In this document: piece by piece, positions 38,031 to 38,075 of the stretch | Numbering within the stretch: the first letter of the stretch is position 1 | Layout of the letters: each line of letters starts with the position of its first letter | Source of the DNA: an uncultured Thiomonas sp. | GTDB lineage: Bacteria > Pseudomonadota > Gammaproteobacteria > Burkholderiales > Burkholderiaceae_C | Assembly (NCBI GenBank): GCA_937927695.1 | Contig: CALBRU010000051.1 | Coordinates: 1 to 38,075 of the forward strand | Direction of reading: 5' to 3' | DNA: 38,075 bases | Position numbers and translations under genes: made by a program | The notes under the pieces: model-generated | Database searches by the model: none | Told to the model about the DNA's origin: nothing | Seen by the model: the letters and a program-made list of their open reading frames with translations, nothing else

Positions 38031-38075
38031 AGATCGGAAGAGCGTCGTGTAGGGAAAGAGTGTAGATCTCGGTGG
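38031..38075 (+). other. Illumina TruSeq adapter read-through (not biological)
   Basis: AGATCGGAAGAGCGTCGTGTAGGGAAAGAGTGTAGATCTCGGTGG matches the reverse complement of the universal adapter. Confidence 0.98.

Overview
GC-rich betaproteobacterial chromosome segment. Gene content (tsdBA, fccAB, rsmB-DUF4390-ntrY-ntrX-tRNA-Phe) points to a Thiomonas-like sulfur oxidiser; this is an inference. In order, it holds: the distal part of a periplasmic formate dehydrogenase cluster (fdhB 5'-truncated, fdhC, a C-terminally truncated fdhD, DUF3305/DUF3306, polyferredoxin, TorD-type chaperone); a TDT/SLAC1 anion channel; a short ModE plus a WtpA-type Mo/W ABC transporter with a ModE box; DUF1631; metE/metR with a MetR box; dienelactone hydrolase; ubiC; a TsoY-like membrane protein behind a class II FNR-type promoter; an amidase; tRNA-Phe; ntrYX-DUF4390-rsmB; a sulfur block (two exported DsrE paralogues around fccAB, then tsdBA, MFS, TlpA) interrupted by proA/yidB; DUF2784; and the 3' end of lnt. 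Two CTAG-targeting MITE-like elements are present. The last 45 nt are Illumina adapter. The most striking observation is that the 400-aa TsoY-like protein aligns helix by helix with the TDT/SLAC1 channel in the same window, and its only Cys sits at the channel's gating-Phe position. This suggests a possible thiol/redox-gated, low-oxygen-induced anion channel. Family names come from motif recognition by eye, not database searches.
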